Shown here piece by piece: positions 42,754 through 60,722 of a stretch of 64,000 nucleotides of DNA. Origin of the DNA: Escherichia phage EcoM2; sequence record PQ818761.1; one strand, written 5' to 3'. The notes below the pieces were generated by a model. It worked only from the letters and a program-made list of their open reading frames with translations. It had not been told where the DNA came from and did not search any database. A program made the translations under genes and the position numbers. The stretch's first letter is position 1; the number at the start of each line of letters is the position of its first letter.

Positions 42754-43327
42754 AAAAGGTCTAGTTAGAACCTTAGTGGATGTTATTGGTCACAGATTAG
42801 CTCGTGATAAAAATAATAGACCAAACGTAATTAGAGCTTACCCTTCTGATAACTCAAATGACAAAGGTTTAAAACCTGACCAGCCATTTATTACCGTATA
42901 TTGTCAAGATGCTGCAACACCTTATGGTTGGGTTCTTGATAAATTTGTTGAAGATGATGTAGTTTGCTACAGAATTGCTTTTCAGATTCCTGTATTGATT
43001 ACGGTAAATGGTAAGGGTGCTCACAGTATCATGCTTGAGCTTAAACAACGATTAGAGATGAGTTCAGTCAGAGATTTAATCCTTGAAGAAACGGGGGCCA
43101 CAGTACTAGATACTGGAGCAATCCCGAATGACTATACTTATCTCAATACAGATTTCGAAAATTCTGCACCTCTTGTTGTAACTCTTGTAAAAAATTCAGT
43201 CCTGAAAGATGAACGTGGAAGTATTATTGAGCGTGTCATTGCTGATGGTGAGTTAGTTTACGAAGAAGGACAAGAGCCACCAGAATATACTATCCATCTA
43301 GATGTAGACTCCAAAGGGGTAAAATAA
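42728..43327 (+). CDS. tail completion/terminator protein (putative)
   Basis: 199-aa ORF preceding sheath-like gene. Confidence 0.3.
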   Translation: MQLETAELEKGLVRTLVDVIGHRLARDKNNRPNVIRAYPSDNSNDKGLKPDQPFITVYCQDAATPYGWVLDKFVEDDVVCYRIAFQIPVLITVNGKGAHSIMLELKQRLEMSSVRDLILEETGATVLDTGAIPNDYTYLNTDFENSAPLVVTLVKNSVLKDERGSIIERVIADGELVYEEGQEPPEYTIHLDVDSKGVK

Positions 43328-44680
43328 ATGTGGAATCCAATTGTTAATGTAGATATTACATTGAACACCGCAGGAACTACAAGAGAAGGTTTTGGCTTGC
43401 CACTATTCTTAGCTTCAACAGACAACTTTGAAGAAAGAGTGCGTGGCTACACTTCCTTAACTGAAGTTGCTGAAGATTTCGATGAAAACTCTGCTGCATA
43501 TAAAGCTGCTAAACAACTTTGGAGTCAGACTCCTAAAGTAACTCAGCTTTATATTGGTAGACGTGCTATGCAGTACACTGTATCAATTCCTGATGCCGTT
43601 GCCGAAAGTACAGACTACTCAATTACTGTAGCTGCTGGCGGTGGAATTTCTCAACCATATCAGTATACAGCAGTGGAATCAGATACTGCTGAGAAAGTTT
43701 TGCAACAGTTTAAAACACAGATTGAAGCTGACCCAACAATCAAAGACAAGGTTTCTGTGAACGTAACTGGTAGTGGTGGTTCTGCCACAATGGTTATCAC
43801 CAAAGCTGGTGACAATGACTTTGTAAAAGTAACAACCACAGCACAGACTGTATATATTGCAAGTACAACTGCCGATACAGCATCAACCGCTCTAGCAGCT
43901 ATTGAAGCTTATTCAACTGACTGGTATTTCATTGCAGCAGAAGATAGAACTCAACAGTTTGTCTTAGCAATGGCTTCTGAGATTCAAGCTCGTAAGAAAA
44001 TCTTCTTTACAGCTAACTCAGATGTAACAGCACTACAGGGCACAGAATTGGCTAGTGCAAATGATGTTCCAGCACAGCTTGCTAAGAGCATGTACACTCG
44101 TACAGTTTGTTTGTGGCATCACACAGCAGCAGAAGACTATCCAGAAATGGCATACATTGCTTATGGTGCTCCATATGATGCAGGGTCAATTGCTTGGGGT
44201 AATGCACAGCTCACTGGTGTAGCTGCTTCTCTACAACCAACTAATAAGAGACCACTAACAAGTATTCAGAAATCTGCTTTAGATGCACGTCACTGTAACT
44301 TTATTGACCTTGATGGTGGTGTTCCAGTGGTTCGTAGAGGGATTACTTCTGGTGGGGAATGGATTGATATCATCCGTGGTGTTGACTGGTTAGAATCAGA
44401 CCTGAAAACTGCTCTGAGAGACTTGCTAATTAACCAGAAGGGTGGTAAGATTACTTATGATGATACTGGTATTACTCGTATTCGTCAAGTCATTGAAACC
44501 TCTCTGCAAAGAGCAGTCAACAGAAACTTCCTGTCATCTTACACAGTTAATGTTCCTAAAGCCTCTCAAGTTGCTTTGGCAGACAAGAAAGCTCGTATCC
44601 TGAAAGATATTACCTTCGCAGGTATCTTAGCAGGGGCTATCTTGGATGTTGACTTGAAAGGTACAGTGGCTTACGAATAA
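43328..44680 (+). CDS. tail sheath protein (putative)
   Basis: 450 aa followed by 148-aa tube-like gene, two small chaperone ORFs and tape measure (P2 FI-FII-E-E'-T order). Confidence 0.5.
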   Translation: MWNPIVNVDITLNTAGTTREGFGLPLFLASTDNFEERVRGYTSLTEVAEDFDENSAAYKAAKQLWSQTPKVTQLYIGRRAMQYTVSIPDAVAESTDYSITVAAGGGISQPYQYTAVESDTAEKVLQQFKTQIEADPTIKDKVSVNVTGSGGSATMVITKAGDNDFVKVTTTAQTVYIASTTADTASTALAAIEAYSTDWYFIAAEDRTQQFVLAMASEIQARKKIFFTANSDVTALQGTELASANDVPAQLAKSMYTRTVCLWHHTAAEDYPEMAYIAYGAPYDAGSIAWGNAQLTGVAASLQPTNKRPLTSIQKSALDARHCNFIDLDGGVPVVRRGITSGGEWIDIIRGVDWLESDLKTALRDLLINQKGGKITYDDTGITRIRQVIETSLQRAVNRNFLSSYTVNVPKASQVALADKKARILKDITFAGILAGAILDVDLKGTVAYE

Positions 44681-44695
44681 TAGAGGTAAATTGGA

Positions 44696-45142
44696 ATGGC
44701 TATGTATCAGCAATATTCCCCTAAAGACGTTGTATGTAGCTGGAATGGTATTGCCATTGAAGGCTTTGCCCCAGACTCTTTCTTACGTCTACAGAGAACA
44801 TCACCACTCGTGACACCAGTCGTTGGTGCGGGTGGTCAAGTTGCTCTGACAAGAAATGCAGACAAGACAGGTACTATTGAGATTGAGCTAATGCAGACTT
44901 CTCTCTCTAACCAGATGCTTTCTGCAATTCAAGCTAAACAAGACAATATGGAACTTGAAGAAGATATCTCTTCTAACTTCGTAATCTACGACCCATCAGG
45001 CTCTGTTCTGGCAACTGGTATTAATGCTTGGTTGCAGGAATTACCACAGATTGAACTTGGTCGTGACCAGAACTCTAAAACTTGGATTTTTGGTTGTGAG
45101 AAGTTAGACTACACTTCTACAATTCCAGCGTCAAGTGTTTAA
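44696..45142 (+). CDS. tail tube protein (putative)
   Basis: 148 aa directly after sheath-like gene. Confidence 0.5.
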   Translation: MAMYQQYSPKDVVCSWNGIAIEGFAPDSFLRLQRTSPLVTPVVGAGGQVALTRNADKTGTIEIELMQTSLSNQMLSAIQAKQDNMELEEDISSNFVIYDPSGSVLATGINAWLQELPQIELGRDQNSKTWIFGCEKLDYTSTIPASSV

Positions 45143-45154
45143 TAAATCCTATAA

Positions 45155-45187
45155 GGGGGAGACTTTAAAAGGTCTTCCCCTTTTTTT
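45155..45187 (+). terminator. rho-independent terminator / attenuator
   Basis: GGGGAGAC ... GGTCTTCCCC hairpin followed by TTTTTTTGTTT. Confidence 0.5.
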
Positions 45188-45216
45188 GTTTCTTTTAAAA
45201 GTATTAAGGAATCACA

Positions 45217-45615
45217 ATGAAAACAGAATCTAGAGTAATTAATGGTAAGAAAGTAAATATCGTTCTGCTTGGGGCAAGAGATGGTATTAAGATGTCTATG
45301 AAGTTGGGTAAAATTGTTGTCCCCACTTTTGCACAGATGCTGTCAAGTCTGACTGACAAGGGTAAGAAAGAAGCTCCAATGGTTCCATTTAAAGAACTTG
45401 TTGAAGCTTGTTTTGACAGAATTGAAGAAATTAACCTTGAAGAAATGGCTACCCTGTTATTTCAAGGGGCAACTGTTGATGACTTCCCACTTAATATTGA
45501 TACATACTTCCAAGCAAACTATGGTGAATTTATTGATTACTTAGCATTTGCGCTGGAGGCAAACTTCGGAAGTTTTTTCGAAGCAAGCATTTTCAAAAGC
45601 CTAACTTCTCAGTAA
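45217..45615 (+). CDS. tail assembly chaperone (gpE/G-like)
   Basis: 132 aa; immediately upstream of tape measure; slippery heptamer T_TTT_TTC near 3' end. Confidence 0.5.
   Translation: MKTESRVINGKKVNIVLLGARDGIKMSMKLGKIVVPTFAQMLSSLTDKGKKEAPMVPFKELVEACFDRIEEINLEEMATLLFQGATVDDFPLNIDTYFQANYGEFIDYLAFALEANFGSFFEASIFKSLTSQ
45573..45579 (+). promoter_or_regulatory. candidate -1 programmed ribosomal frameshift slippery site (T TTT TTC)
   Basis: X_XXY_YYZ heptamer in frame of 45217..45615; -1 frame is open from 45537 through 45857. Confidence 0.4.
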
Positions 45616-45617
45616 AC

Positions 45618-45856
45618 ATGGGTAACACTCTACAGACACCACTGACTGATGCTGCTGTAGAGGCAACCTATGAAGAAGCAGACGAGATGAAATTTGTGCT
45701 TGCTATTTATGGTATGGAAGGGTGTAAAGAAACACTTGACCAACTCTTTGCTATGACATTCTCTGATTTATTATCATTGAGACAATTTCTTGAGATTCAG
45801 AGGTCGTATAAAGAGGAAATTGCTTACAACGAACTTAGAAGAGCAGGAAAAATGTA

Positions 45857-45857
<1 letters not shown>
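45618..45857 (+). CDS. tail assembly chaperone C-terminal extension (gpE'/T-like)
   Basis: 79-aa ORF in the -1 frame relative to the preceding chaperone. Confidence 0.45.
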
Positions 45858-53873
<8,016 letters not shown>

Positions 53874-53875
53874 TA

Positions 53876-55048
53876 ATGGCAGTAGGTGAAATTCAAATTA
53901 GTGCCTTGCCTCAAGCAGCCTTACCAATTGACCTTAGTGATATCTTCCATCTTAAGCAGGGTATTGAGGATAAAAGGTGTACTCTTGAGCAATTACTTGC
54001 TCCACACTCAAGCCTAAGAAATAACCCTCATGGTGTTACTAAAACACAAATTGGTTTAGATAATGTTATTAATGCTCTTCAGTTAGTCGCTGCAAATAAC
54101 TTATCAGATATTGTTAATGTAGCTGAGGCAAGAGCAAATCTACAGATTATGTCTTCAGAAGAGGTTAATAACCTTGTCCAACAACACATCAAGGACAAGA
54201 GTAACCCACACAATACAACTAAGGCACAGGTTGGCTTAAGTAATGTTCAGAACTGGACAACATCTGACCTTTATAATGAAGATGCAAATAAGTATGCTAC
54301 AGCAAGAGCAGTAAATAACTTGTACAAGGCTGTTCAGGCTTCTTATCCAGTAGGTACTATTCATCTTTCTATGAACTCTGCAAACCCTTCTACATATTTA
54401 ATTTGTGGGGGTACTTGGGAGCTAGTTTCAAAGGGTAGAGCATTGGTTGGCTATGACTCTGACACAAGACCAGCAGGTTCTGTATTTGGTGCTTCAACTG
54501 TTACTTTGTCAGTTAATAATATGCCTCAGCACTCCCACTCTGTGTCTCTTAGTGGTGGTGGTCACACTCATAGTGCCACTGTGTCAATTTCAGCTTTTGA
54601 CTATGGAACTAAGACTACCAATTCTTTTGACTATGGAACAAAGACTACTAATACAACTGGTAATCATACACACAGTGTGTCAGGTAACACAAGTACAAAC
54701 GGTACTCATGACCATGATGTGTACCCTAGAGAAAATGATGGTACTGGTAATGCTGTAGCTGACTCTGATGGTGGTGGTGCAAGAAGGACATCAAGGACAT
54801 CTAGTGACGGTGCACACTCACACAGTTTTAGCGTTACATCTGGTGCATCTGGTAACCACAGCCACACAGTCGGTATTGGTGCTCACAGCCACACAGTCGG
54901 CATCGGCTCACATACACACAGTGGTTCTGTAACAGTTTCTTCTTCTGAGCATACACACAGTGGGAACACAAATAGTGTTGGTAGTGGACAAGCTTTCAAT
55001 ATTGAACAGCCATCCTTCGTACTATATGTATGGCAGAGAACAGCTTAA
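53876..55048 (+). CDS. tail fiber protein with C-terminal HxH-repeat tip domain
   Basis: 390 aa; C-terminal HxH repeats (SHSHS, GHTHS, NHTHS, AHSHS, NHSHT, AHSHT, SHTHS, EHTHS); tandem SFDYGTKTTN duplication. Confidence 0.6.
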   Translation: MAVGEIQISALPQAALPIDLSDIFHLKQGIEDKRCTLEQLLAPHSSLRNNPHGVTKTQIGLDNVINALQLVAANNLSDIVNVAEARANLQIMSSEEVNNLVQQHIKDKSNPHNTTKAQVGLSNVQNWTTSDLYNEDANKYATARAVNNLYKAVQASYPVGTIHLSMNSANPSTYLICGGTWELVSKGRALVGYDSDTRPAGSVFGASTVTLSVNNMPQHSHSVSLSGGGHTHSATVSISAFDYGTKTTNSFDYGTKTTNTTGNHTHSVSGNTSTNGTHDHDVYPRENDGTGNAVADSDGGGARRTSRTSSDGAHSHSFSVTSGASGNHSHTVGIGAHSHTVGIGSHTHSGSVTVSSSEHTHSGNTNSVGSGQAFNIEQPSFVLYVWQRTA

Positions 55049-55094
55049 TTTCTTTACAGGGACTTTGTAGTCCCTTTTTAGAGGAAAATTTATA

Positions 55095-57446
55095 ATGGCA
55101 GATTACAAGTTGAGTGAATTAAACTCAATCGATACAATCCGTTCAGATGACCTTCTCCATGTCAGGGTTAAAAAGAGACCTGAAATGCTTGGTGATGAAG
55201 ACCGTCGAATGACCTATCAAGACTTCTTAGCATCTTTTAAACTTGAAAGATTTGTTCAGATTGCTGGTAGCACTATGACGGGTGACTTAGGGATTGTTAA
55301 GTTACTTTATGGTGGTAAGGTAGTATTTAACCCAACAGGCTCTTCTGAGATTAATATTGGGGATGTTTTAAAGACTTTTAAAATCAATGCAAATGGCCTT
55401 AAACTAACTATTGCAGATGCTTCAAGGTCGGCAACCGTTTATCATACTCTGAATAAGCCAAGTCCTAATGAGCTTGGTATGAGAACTAATGAAGAGAATG
55501 ATGCAAGATATGCAAGACTTGCTGTAAATAACACCTTTAGAGGCACTCAAGCTATCCTCTCTGACAATGAAGCACTCATTATCAAAAATATCACTCAAGG
55601 TGCTCCACTCTATCTTCGTGGTCAAGATGCAGATGGTACTAACAGATGGTATCTAGGTAATGATAATAGGGGTACACATAATCTTGTATTAAAGAATGTA
55701 AAGTCCGACGTTTCAATTGCTATTTTAGAGAATTTGGTGACAGTCAACAGGACTCTTCAAATTGCTGGTCAAGTTCAACCTTCAAGTTTTGCTAACTTAG
55801 ATGCTAGATATTTTACCCAGACAGTAGCTAATCAGAGGTTTGCACAGTTAGCTGGTAATAACACATTTAGTGGCTCTAATATTTTCACTAATTTTGTTGT
55901 TAAGAAGAACGCTAATGCTATTACTCTGCAAAATGTAGATACAACTGCTGCTTTGTATATCCAAGCAAGAAAATCAGATGGAACTAATAAGTGGTACATT
56001 GGTAATGACGGTGATGAGAACATTGTAAACATCTATAACTATTTAGCAAAAACACAAATCTCATTAGGCAACACCATTACCATGAGTAGAACAGTCCAAA
56101 TTGGTGGTCAAGTGCAACCTTCTGATTGGACTAACATCGACTCTAGATATATTCCAGCAGCCACTTTGAGTAATCTCCCTAAACTTAATGTCTCTAATAC
56201 TTTCACAAATGTGCAGACTATTGTATCTAACAATGAGGGTTTGGTATTAAGGAACTTGACACAGGGGCAGCCACTATATATCCGTGGTGTTGATACCGAG
56301 AATGTCTCTAGATGGTGGTTAGGTGTAGGTGGCCCAAACTCTAATGTGGTAACACTGAATAACAACTACTCTGACACTAAAATCTCACTTGGTGGTACAT
56401 CAGTAATGGCTAATAAGAGTTTAGCTATCACTGGACAGGTACAACCTTCTGATTGGTCTAACTTAGATGCTAGGTACTATACCCAATCCGCCGCAAACGC
56501 AAGGTATATGCTAGCAAGTATCACTGATACAGCTTCTGAAAAGGATGGTGATGGTGTTGCATGGAATGCAAAAACAGGTCTCTATAAGGTTACTAACTCA
56601 ACGGGCCAGTCTTCTGCACTTGTGTATCACCTGTTTTTGGGCACTAGTTCTACGCCCTCTGCACAATTAAAGTTTAGCTTTAAAAATGGTGGGATGTGGT
56701 ATAGGTCATCAAGAGATAATTATGGTTTTGAGGCTAGCTGGTCCAAAGTTTACACGGAAGCACAAAAGCCAACTCCTTCAGAGATTGGTGCATATACTAA
56801 AGCAGAGACTGACCAGAAGATTGCAACAGCAATTAGTGACTCTACAGACCTGAATAAAATCTACCCAGTGGGTATTGTAACGTGGTTTAATAGTAATGTT
56901 GACCCTAATACAGCACTTCCTGGGTTAACTTGGACGTACCTGAACAATGGTGTTGGTAGGACTATCAGAATCGCAGCAGCAAACGGTTCGGATGTTGCTA
57001 CAACAGGCGGCTCAGATTCTGTGACGTTAGCTGTTGGTAACTTACCATCACATACCCATAGTTTCTCTGCTACCACTTCATCTTTTGATTATGGTACAAA
57101 GAACACTAATAGTACTGGTGCACACACTCACTCAGTTAGTGGTACTGCTGCATCTGCTGGACAACACGCGCACAAGATTTCACAGGGTGATAACGCTAAC
57201 GTTTCATCAGGTAGAGTCGCGTCTTCAAACTCTAGACAGACCCATGTTGGTTGGACTGAAAATGATGGTGCACACACTCACTCAGTCAGTGGTACTGCTG
57301 CATCTGCTGGGGGGCACGCTCACTCTGTAGGTATTGGTGCTCACAGTCACACAGTAAGTGGTAACACTGGTGGTACAGGTTCTGGTTCAGCATTTAGTGT
57401 TACTAACCAGTTCTACAAGTTAATGGCTTGGGTAAGAACTGCTTAA
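55095..57446 (+). CDS. tail fiber protein (long) with three ~95-aa tandem repeats and C-terminal HxH tip module
   Basis: 783 aa; repeats each ending ...GQVQPS(D/S)(W/F)xN(L/I)D(A/S)RY; C-terminal SFDYGTKNTN and AHTHSVSGTAASAG x2 shared with upstream fiber. Confidence 0.65.
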   Translation: MADYKLSELNSIDTIRSDDLLHVRVKKRPEMLGDEDRRMTYQDFLASFKLERFVQIAGSTMTGDLGIVKLLYGGKVVFNPTGSSEINIGDVLKTFKINANGLKLTIADASRSATVYHTLNKPSPNELGMRTNEENDARYARLAVNNTFRGTQAILSDNEALIIKNITQGAPLYLRGQDADGTNRWYLGNDNRGTHNLVLKNVKSDVSIAILENLVTVNRTLQIAGQVQPSSFANLDARYFTQTVANQRFAQLAGNNTFSGSNIFTNFVVKKNANAITLQNVDTTAALYIQARKSDGTNKWYIGNDGDENIVNIYNYLAKTQISLGNTITMSRTVQIGGQVQPSDWTNIDSRYIPAATLSNLPKLNVSNTFTNVQTIVSNNEGLVLRNLTQGQPLYIRGVDTENVSRWWLGVGGPNSNVVTLNNNYSDTKISLGGTSVMANKSLAITGQVQPSDWSNLDARYYTQSAANARYMLASITDTASEKDGDGVAWNAKTGLYKVTNSTGQSSALVYHLFLGTSSTPSAQLKFSFKNGGMWYRSSRDNYGFEASWSKVYTEAQKPTPSEIGAYTKAETDQKIATAISDSTDLNKIYPVGIVTWFNSNVDPNTALPGLTWTYLNNGVGRTIRIAAANGSDVATTGGSDSVTLAVGNLPSHTHSFSATTSSFDYGTKNTNSTGAHTHSVSGTAASAGQHAHKISQGDNANVSSGRVASSNSRQTHVGWTENDGAHTHSVSGTAASAGGHAHSVGIGAHSHTVSGNTGGTGSGSAFSVTNQFYKLMAWVRTA
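55540..56470 (+). repeat. three tandem ~285-bp repeats encoding ~95-aa fiber shaft modules
   Basis: Conserved LQIAGQVQPSSFANLDARY / VQIGGQVQPSDWTNIDSRY / LAITGQVQPSDWSNLDARY blocks in translation. Confidence 0.55.
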
Positions 57447-57453
57447 TCCCTTG

Positions 57454-57482
57454 TTGACTGATTGTTAAGATGGTGTTAATAT
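57454..57482 (+). promoter_or_regulatory. sigma70-like promoter (TTGACT-N17-TAATAT) with embedded inverted repeat
   Basis: AGATGGTG ... CACCATCT inverted repeat flanking the -10. Confidence 0.5.
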
Positions 57483-57525
57483 TCTTTATGGGTATTCTCA
57501 CCATCTTGGCTGATGAGGTGATTAA

Positions 57526-57723
57526 ATGCCTACAATCCTAGCAATTCTTCTAAAAAATCTAGGTAGCTTCTTCTGGAAACTCATTTTATCCCTTCTAAGT
57601 GAATACATGATTGAGAAAGTGTTCTTTAGGCTTGCAAGATACCTTGCGAGTAAAACAGACACACCTATTGATGATGAGTTCGTAGATAATTTAGAAAAAG
57701 CTTTTAAGGGGGAGAATAAATGA
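57526..57723 (+). CDS. small membrane protein (holin-like candidate)
   Basis: 65 aa; N-terminal hydrophobic/amphipathic segment, charged C-terminus; own promoter. Confidence 0.35.
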   Translation: MPTILAILLKNLGSFFWKLILSLLSEYMIEKVFFRLARYLASKTDTPIDDEFVDNLEKAFKGENK

Positions 57724-58091
57724 AGTGGCTAGAGGAAGCTTTTAAAAATAATATTGGTGCAATTGTAGTTGGTATTTTTAGTGTTATTGGGATGTATACC
57801 ACGATGCAAGTTTCAAGTGGTAAACAAGAAGTGTCTGTCACAACAAAGTTACAGCAGCTAGATAATTATTCCAAAAGTAACTATTCAGCTATTCGTGATT
57901 TACAGTCTGACATGAGACTGATTCAGCTAGGGATGGAGAACCAGAAAGTTCAGTTAGAGAATGTTAAGGGTGAAAACGCAAAACTTACCAAAACTCTTGA
58001 TAAATTCTCTGACAGTGTGAATAATCTGGCTCAATCAGTATCAGCCCTCCAAGCTATTACTGAAAAGAACACAAAGAGTACTGAAAAGTAA
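57720..58091 (+). CDS. membrane-anchored coiled-coil protein (lysis-associated candidate)
   Basis: 123 aa; N-terminal TM (IGAIVVGIFSVIGMY) then coiled-coil-like region. Confidence 0.35.
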   Translation: MKWLEEAFKNNIGAIVVGIFSVIGMYTTMQVSSGKQEVSVTTKLQQLDNYSKSNYSAIRDLQSDMRLIQLGMENQKVQLENVKGENAKLTKTLDKFSDSVNNLAQSVSALQAITEKNTKSTEK

Positions 58092-58097
58092 AGTTTA

Positions 58098-58125
58098 AGG
58101 CTCCTTTTTTACGGGAGCCTTTTTT
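58098..58125 (+). terminator. rho-independent terminator (possibly bidirectional)
   Basis: AGGCTCC-ttttttac-GGGAGCCT followed by TTTTTTG; between convergent units. Confidence 0.6.
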
Positions 58126-58128
58126 GTT

Positions 58129-59028
58129 TTATTTACCTACTGACAAAGGTGCTTCAATCTTTCCTGCATGTTGGTAGTTGTTAATGCCACCAATAAAATC
58201 ACTTGCAGTAAGATGTTTAAGGTCACTTAGAGTGTTAAGTTGTACACCAATCTCAAAAGTAGGTGCATGGAACTCTTCATTGTTCATCAGTTCATAAACC
58301 TGCTTCATATGGTTCTGGTAAATCTGAGTATCCCCAAAGACACCTATCAAGTATCGTGGAGTGTATCCAGTCATCTTACAAAGAACTTCCAGAATAAAAC
58401 CATAAGACGCAATATTAAATGGAAGTCCTAAAAAGGTGTCTACAGAGCGTTGATACCATTGTAAGTCAACTTCACCTTCGTTGGTGATATAAATCTGAAA
58501 CAGAACATGACAAGGTGCTAAAGCCATCGAGTTTGCTGCAATATCTGCTGCATTCCAAGCATTAACAATCATGTAACGGTCTGTGATATCACCTTTCATC
58601 TTCGTTACTAAGGTTTCTAACTGGTCTACAACACAACCATTATGACCTTCAAAGTTTCTCCACTGAACCCCGTAGATTCTCCCACCTGCATCTTCTAACC
58701 AGTCTTGCTCAGAAGAATAGTTAGAGCTTAACCAGCGTTTAAAATCATCTGACCAGATAGTCCAACGTTCTCCATCATTTTCACCCCAAGTGCGATAACG
58801 GAGTTCACCAAGTTTATTCTCACCATTCAGGAACCATAAAGCTTCCCCAATGACTTGCCGTGTAAACACCTGTTTAGATGTTAAGAGCGGGAAACCAGTT
58901 CGCATATCAAAACGAAATTGTGGTGGAGCAAATGCAGAGATAACATCTCCAGTTCGTGTAGTACGCAGTTCGCCAACAGATAAAACATGGTTCAGGATAT
59001 TTTTGTAACTCAAATCAGCTTGTGACAT
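58129..59028 (-). CDS. thyA: thymidylate synthase
   Basis: 299 aa; ThyA-like active-site region LAPCH and FLGLPFNIASYG. Confidence 0.8.
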   Translation of the reverse strand: MSQADLSYKNILNHVLSVGELRTTRTGDVISAFAPPQFRFDMRTGFPLLTSKQVFTRQVIGEALWFLNGENKLGELRYRTWGENDGERWTIWSDDFKRWLSSNYSSEQDWLEDAGGRIYGVQWRNFEGHNGCVVDQLETLVTKMKGDITDRYMIVNAWNAADIAANSMALAPCHVLFQIYITNEGEVDLQWYQRSVDTFLGLPFNIASYGFILEVLCKMTGYTPRYLIGVFGDTQIYQNHMKQVYELMNNEEFHAPTFEIGVQLNTLSDLKHLTASDFIGGINNYQHAGKIEAPLSVGK

Positions 59029-59029
59029 A

Positions 59030-59575
59030 TCAAAAGTGTCCTTTTACTTGTGGAACATAAATTTCAAAGGTTGCTTTACCATCATCTGAGGGTCTTGACT
59101 GCACCTTTGCAAATACACGGCTATCATACAGCTTCTCAAAGAAGTTTTCAAAAGGTAAATGTACAGTGACCTCTTCAGTAACTTTATGGAAAACTGTATG
59201 GAAAACTACACCAGCATACGGCAAAGCATCGACAAGAACACCTGCACCACCAATTACAAAGACATCTTCATCAATAGAGCTGTCAAGATACTTCAAAAAT
59301 GCTCCAAATGACTCTTTACTGGCTTTAGCATACATTACATCATCTTTGCCAAAGTCTATGCCTAAGTATGGTACAGAATTTGTTAAGATGAGGTTTGCAC
59401 GTTCTGGTAAAGGTTTACTACCCAGAGTCTTAAAAGTCTCATTACCCATAACTACTAAGTTATTTTTAGTGAGCCTCTTAAACTCTTGCATGTCCTGTTT
59501 ATGTCGAGGCCACGGCATACCAGTTGGAGTACCAAATTCACCGTTTTCACCACTTGCAAATATTAGCTTAATCAT
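59030..59575 (-). CDS. dihydrofolate reductase
   Basis: 181 aa; DHFR-like N-terminus (IFASGENGEFG...GMPW), VVMGNETFK; adjacent to thyA. Confidence 0.7.
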   Translation of the reverse strand: MIKLIFASGENGEFGTPTGMPWPRHKQDMQEFKRLTKNNLVVMGNETFKTLGSKPLPERANLILTNSVPYLGIDFGKDDVMYAKASKESFGAFLKYLDSSIDEDVFVIGGAGVLVDALPYAGVVFHTVFHKVTEEVTVHLPFENFFEKLYDSRVFAKVQSRPSDDGKATFEIYVPQVKGHF

Positions 59576-59832
59576 TTTGTAAACCCTTTCTTAATGAACC
59601 AGTTGATGACACTCTTCACAACTTTACTACGATGGTAGATAAAATGTGGAGAGGGTTGGTATGAACCATAAGCCCAGAAAGCGATAATTTCATTACACCC
59701 TGTGCATCGGGTACTTTCTTCAGCAATATGACCGTTGACTATTTCACTTACCTCACCTTGTAAGTCTGTACATCCACAATGTGGACAACGGATAGGTGCT
59801 CCGTCAGACTCATAGCAGTGTTCAATTTTCAT
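59572..59832 (-). CDS. hypothetical zinc-ribbon protein
   Basis: 86 aa; CPHCGC ... CTGC motifs. Confidence 0.45.
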   Translation of the reverse strand: MKIEHCYESDGAPIRCPHCGCTDLQGEVSEIVNGHIAEESTRCTGCNEIIAFWAYGSYQPSPHFIYHRSKVVKSVINWFIKKGFTK

Positions 59833-60348
59833 TTATTTAACCTCAAAAACTGGCTCAAGAGCCAATATAAAGTCTACACAGTCATCTTCTTCATCCAGAA
59901 TACCATCAAAGTTCTTAGGAACGAAGTCGAAGAGGCTCATAACAAAACAGTCAGAAGTGACCTTGATAGTCCCTCCCATGTTCTCTACAGTTAACACTGT
60001 ACGACTTTCTTTTACCTCCCTCAGAAGATTACCCACAAAGTCATCTAAGAAGTACTTCATCAATGACTTGAAGCCTTTAGGGTAATCTGTACCAGAGTAT
60101 GTTTCAATCTGAGGCACAAGCTTAACATTTATACTAGTCTTTGTTAAGAACGTGTTAGAAAACATACTATCAGGTAACTTACAAACAGTCTTTCCAGTAC
60201 CTTCATGTTCAATCTCAACAAAACCAGCTTCGTCACCACATGTAACTATTTTAAAAGATGCTTCATTCTCATACTGTGAAGCCATAAACTTTTTAAGCAT
60301 TTCTTTAAGGAAGTCTGCATGAGCATCTTGTAAGTAGATATCAATCAT
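59833..60348 (-). CDS. hypothetical protein
   Basis: Start set at internal ATG (plus 60346-60348) behind AGGTGG RBS, removing overlap with upstream gene; track ORF extends to 60450. Confidence 0.45.
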   Translation of the reverse strand: MIDIYLQDAHADFLKEMLKKFMASQYENEASFKIVTCGDEAGFVEIEHEGTGKTVCKLPDSMFSNTFLTKTSINVKLVPQIETYSGTDYPKGFKSLMKYFLDDFVGNLLREVKESRTVLTVENMGGTIKVTSDCFVMSLFDFVPKNFDGILDEEDDCVDFILALEPVFEVK

Positions 60349-60361
60349 AGTTAACCACCTA

Positions 60362-60721
60362 TTAAGGGAACAAACACTTAATGTCATCGTTTTTGAAAAC
60401 GAAACTTGTGTAGTTGTGACCGTCAACATCCAGCCAAACAGCCTGAACATCTACACCATCAAGATTGTGGTAAAGCTCTTTGATGAAGTGGTCTTTCACA
60501 ATCTGGCTGCTGGTTGTTTCCAGCTTAATGTTTGAGATTGCTGAACCTACAGCCATATAGCCCATGACACGTTTCTTCTCAGTATGCTTAATCTTACCAT
60601 CTTTGTAAGCCATAATGAGATTGGAGAGAATCTTCACACCATAATACTTTTCAAGGTGAGTAGGTACACCATAAAATCCTAATGCAAAGTTTTCAGAGTG
60701 GATAATGTTTTCACGTTTCAT
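60362..60721 (-). CDS. hypothetical protein
   Basis: 119-aa ORF. Confidence 0.45.
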   Translation of the reverse strand: MKRENIIHSENFALGFYGVPTHLEKYYGVKILSNLIMAYKDGKIKHTEKKRVMGYMAVGSAISNIKLETTSSQIVKDHFIKELYHNLDGVDVQAVWLDVDGHNYTSFVFKNDDIKCLFP

Positions 60722-60722
60722 A

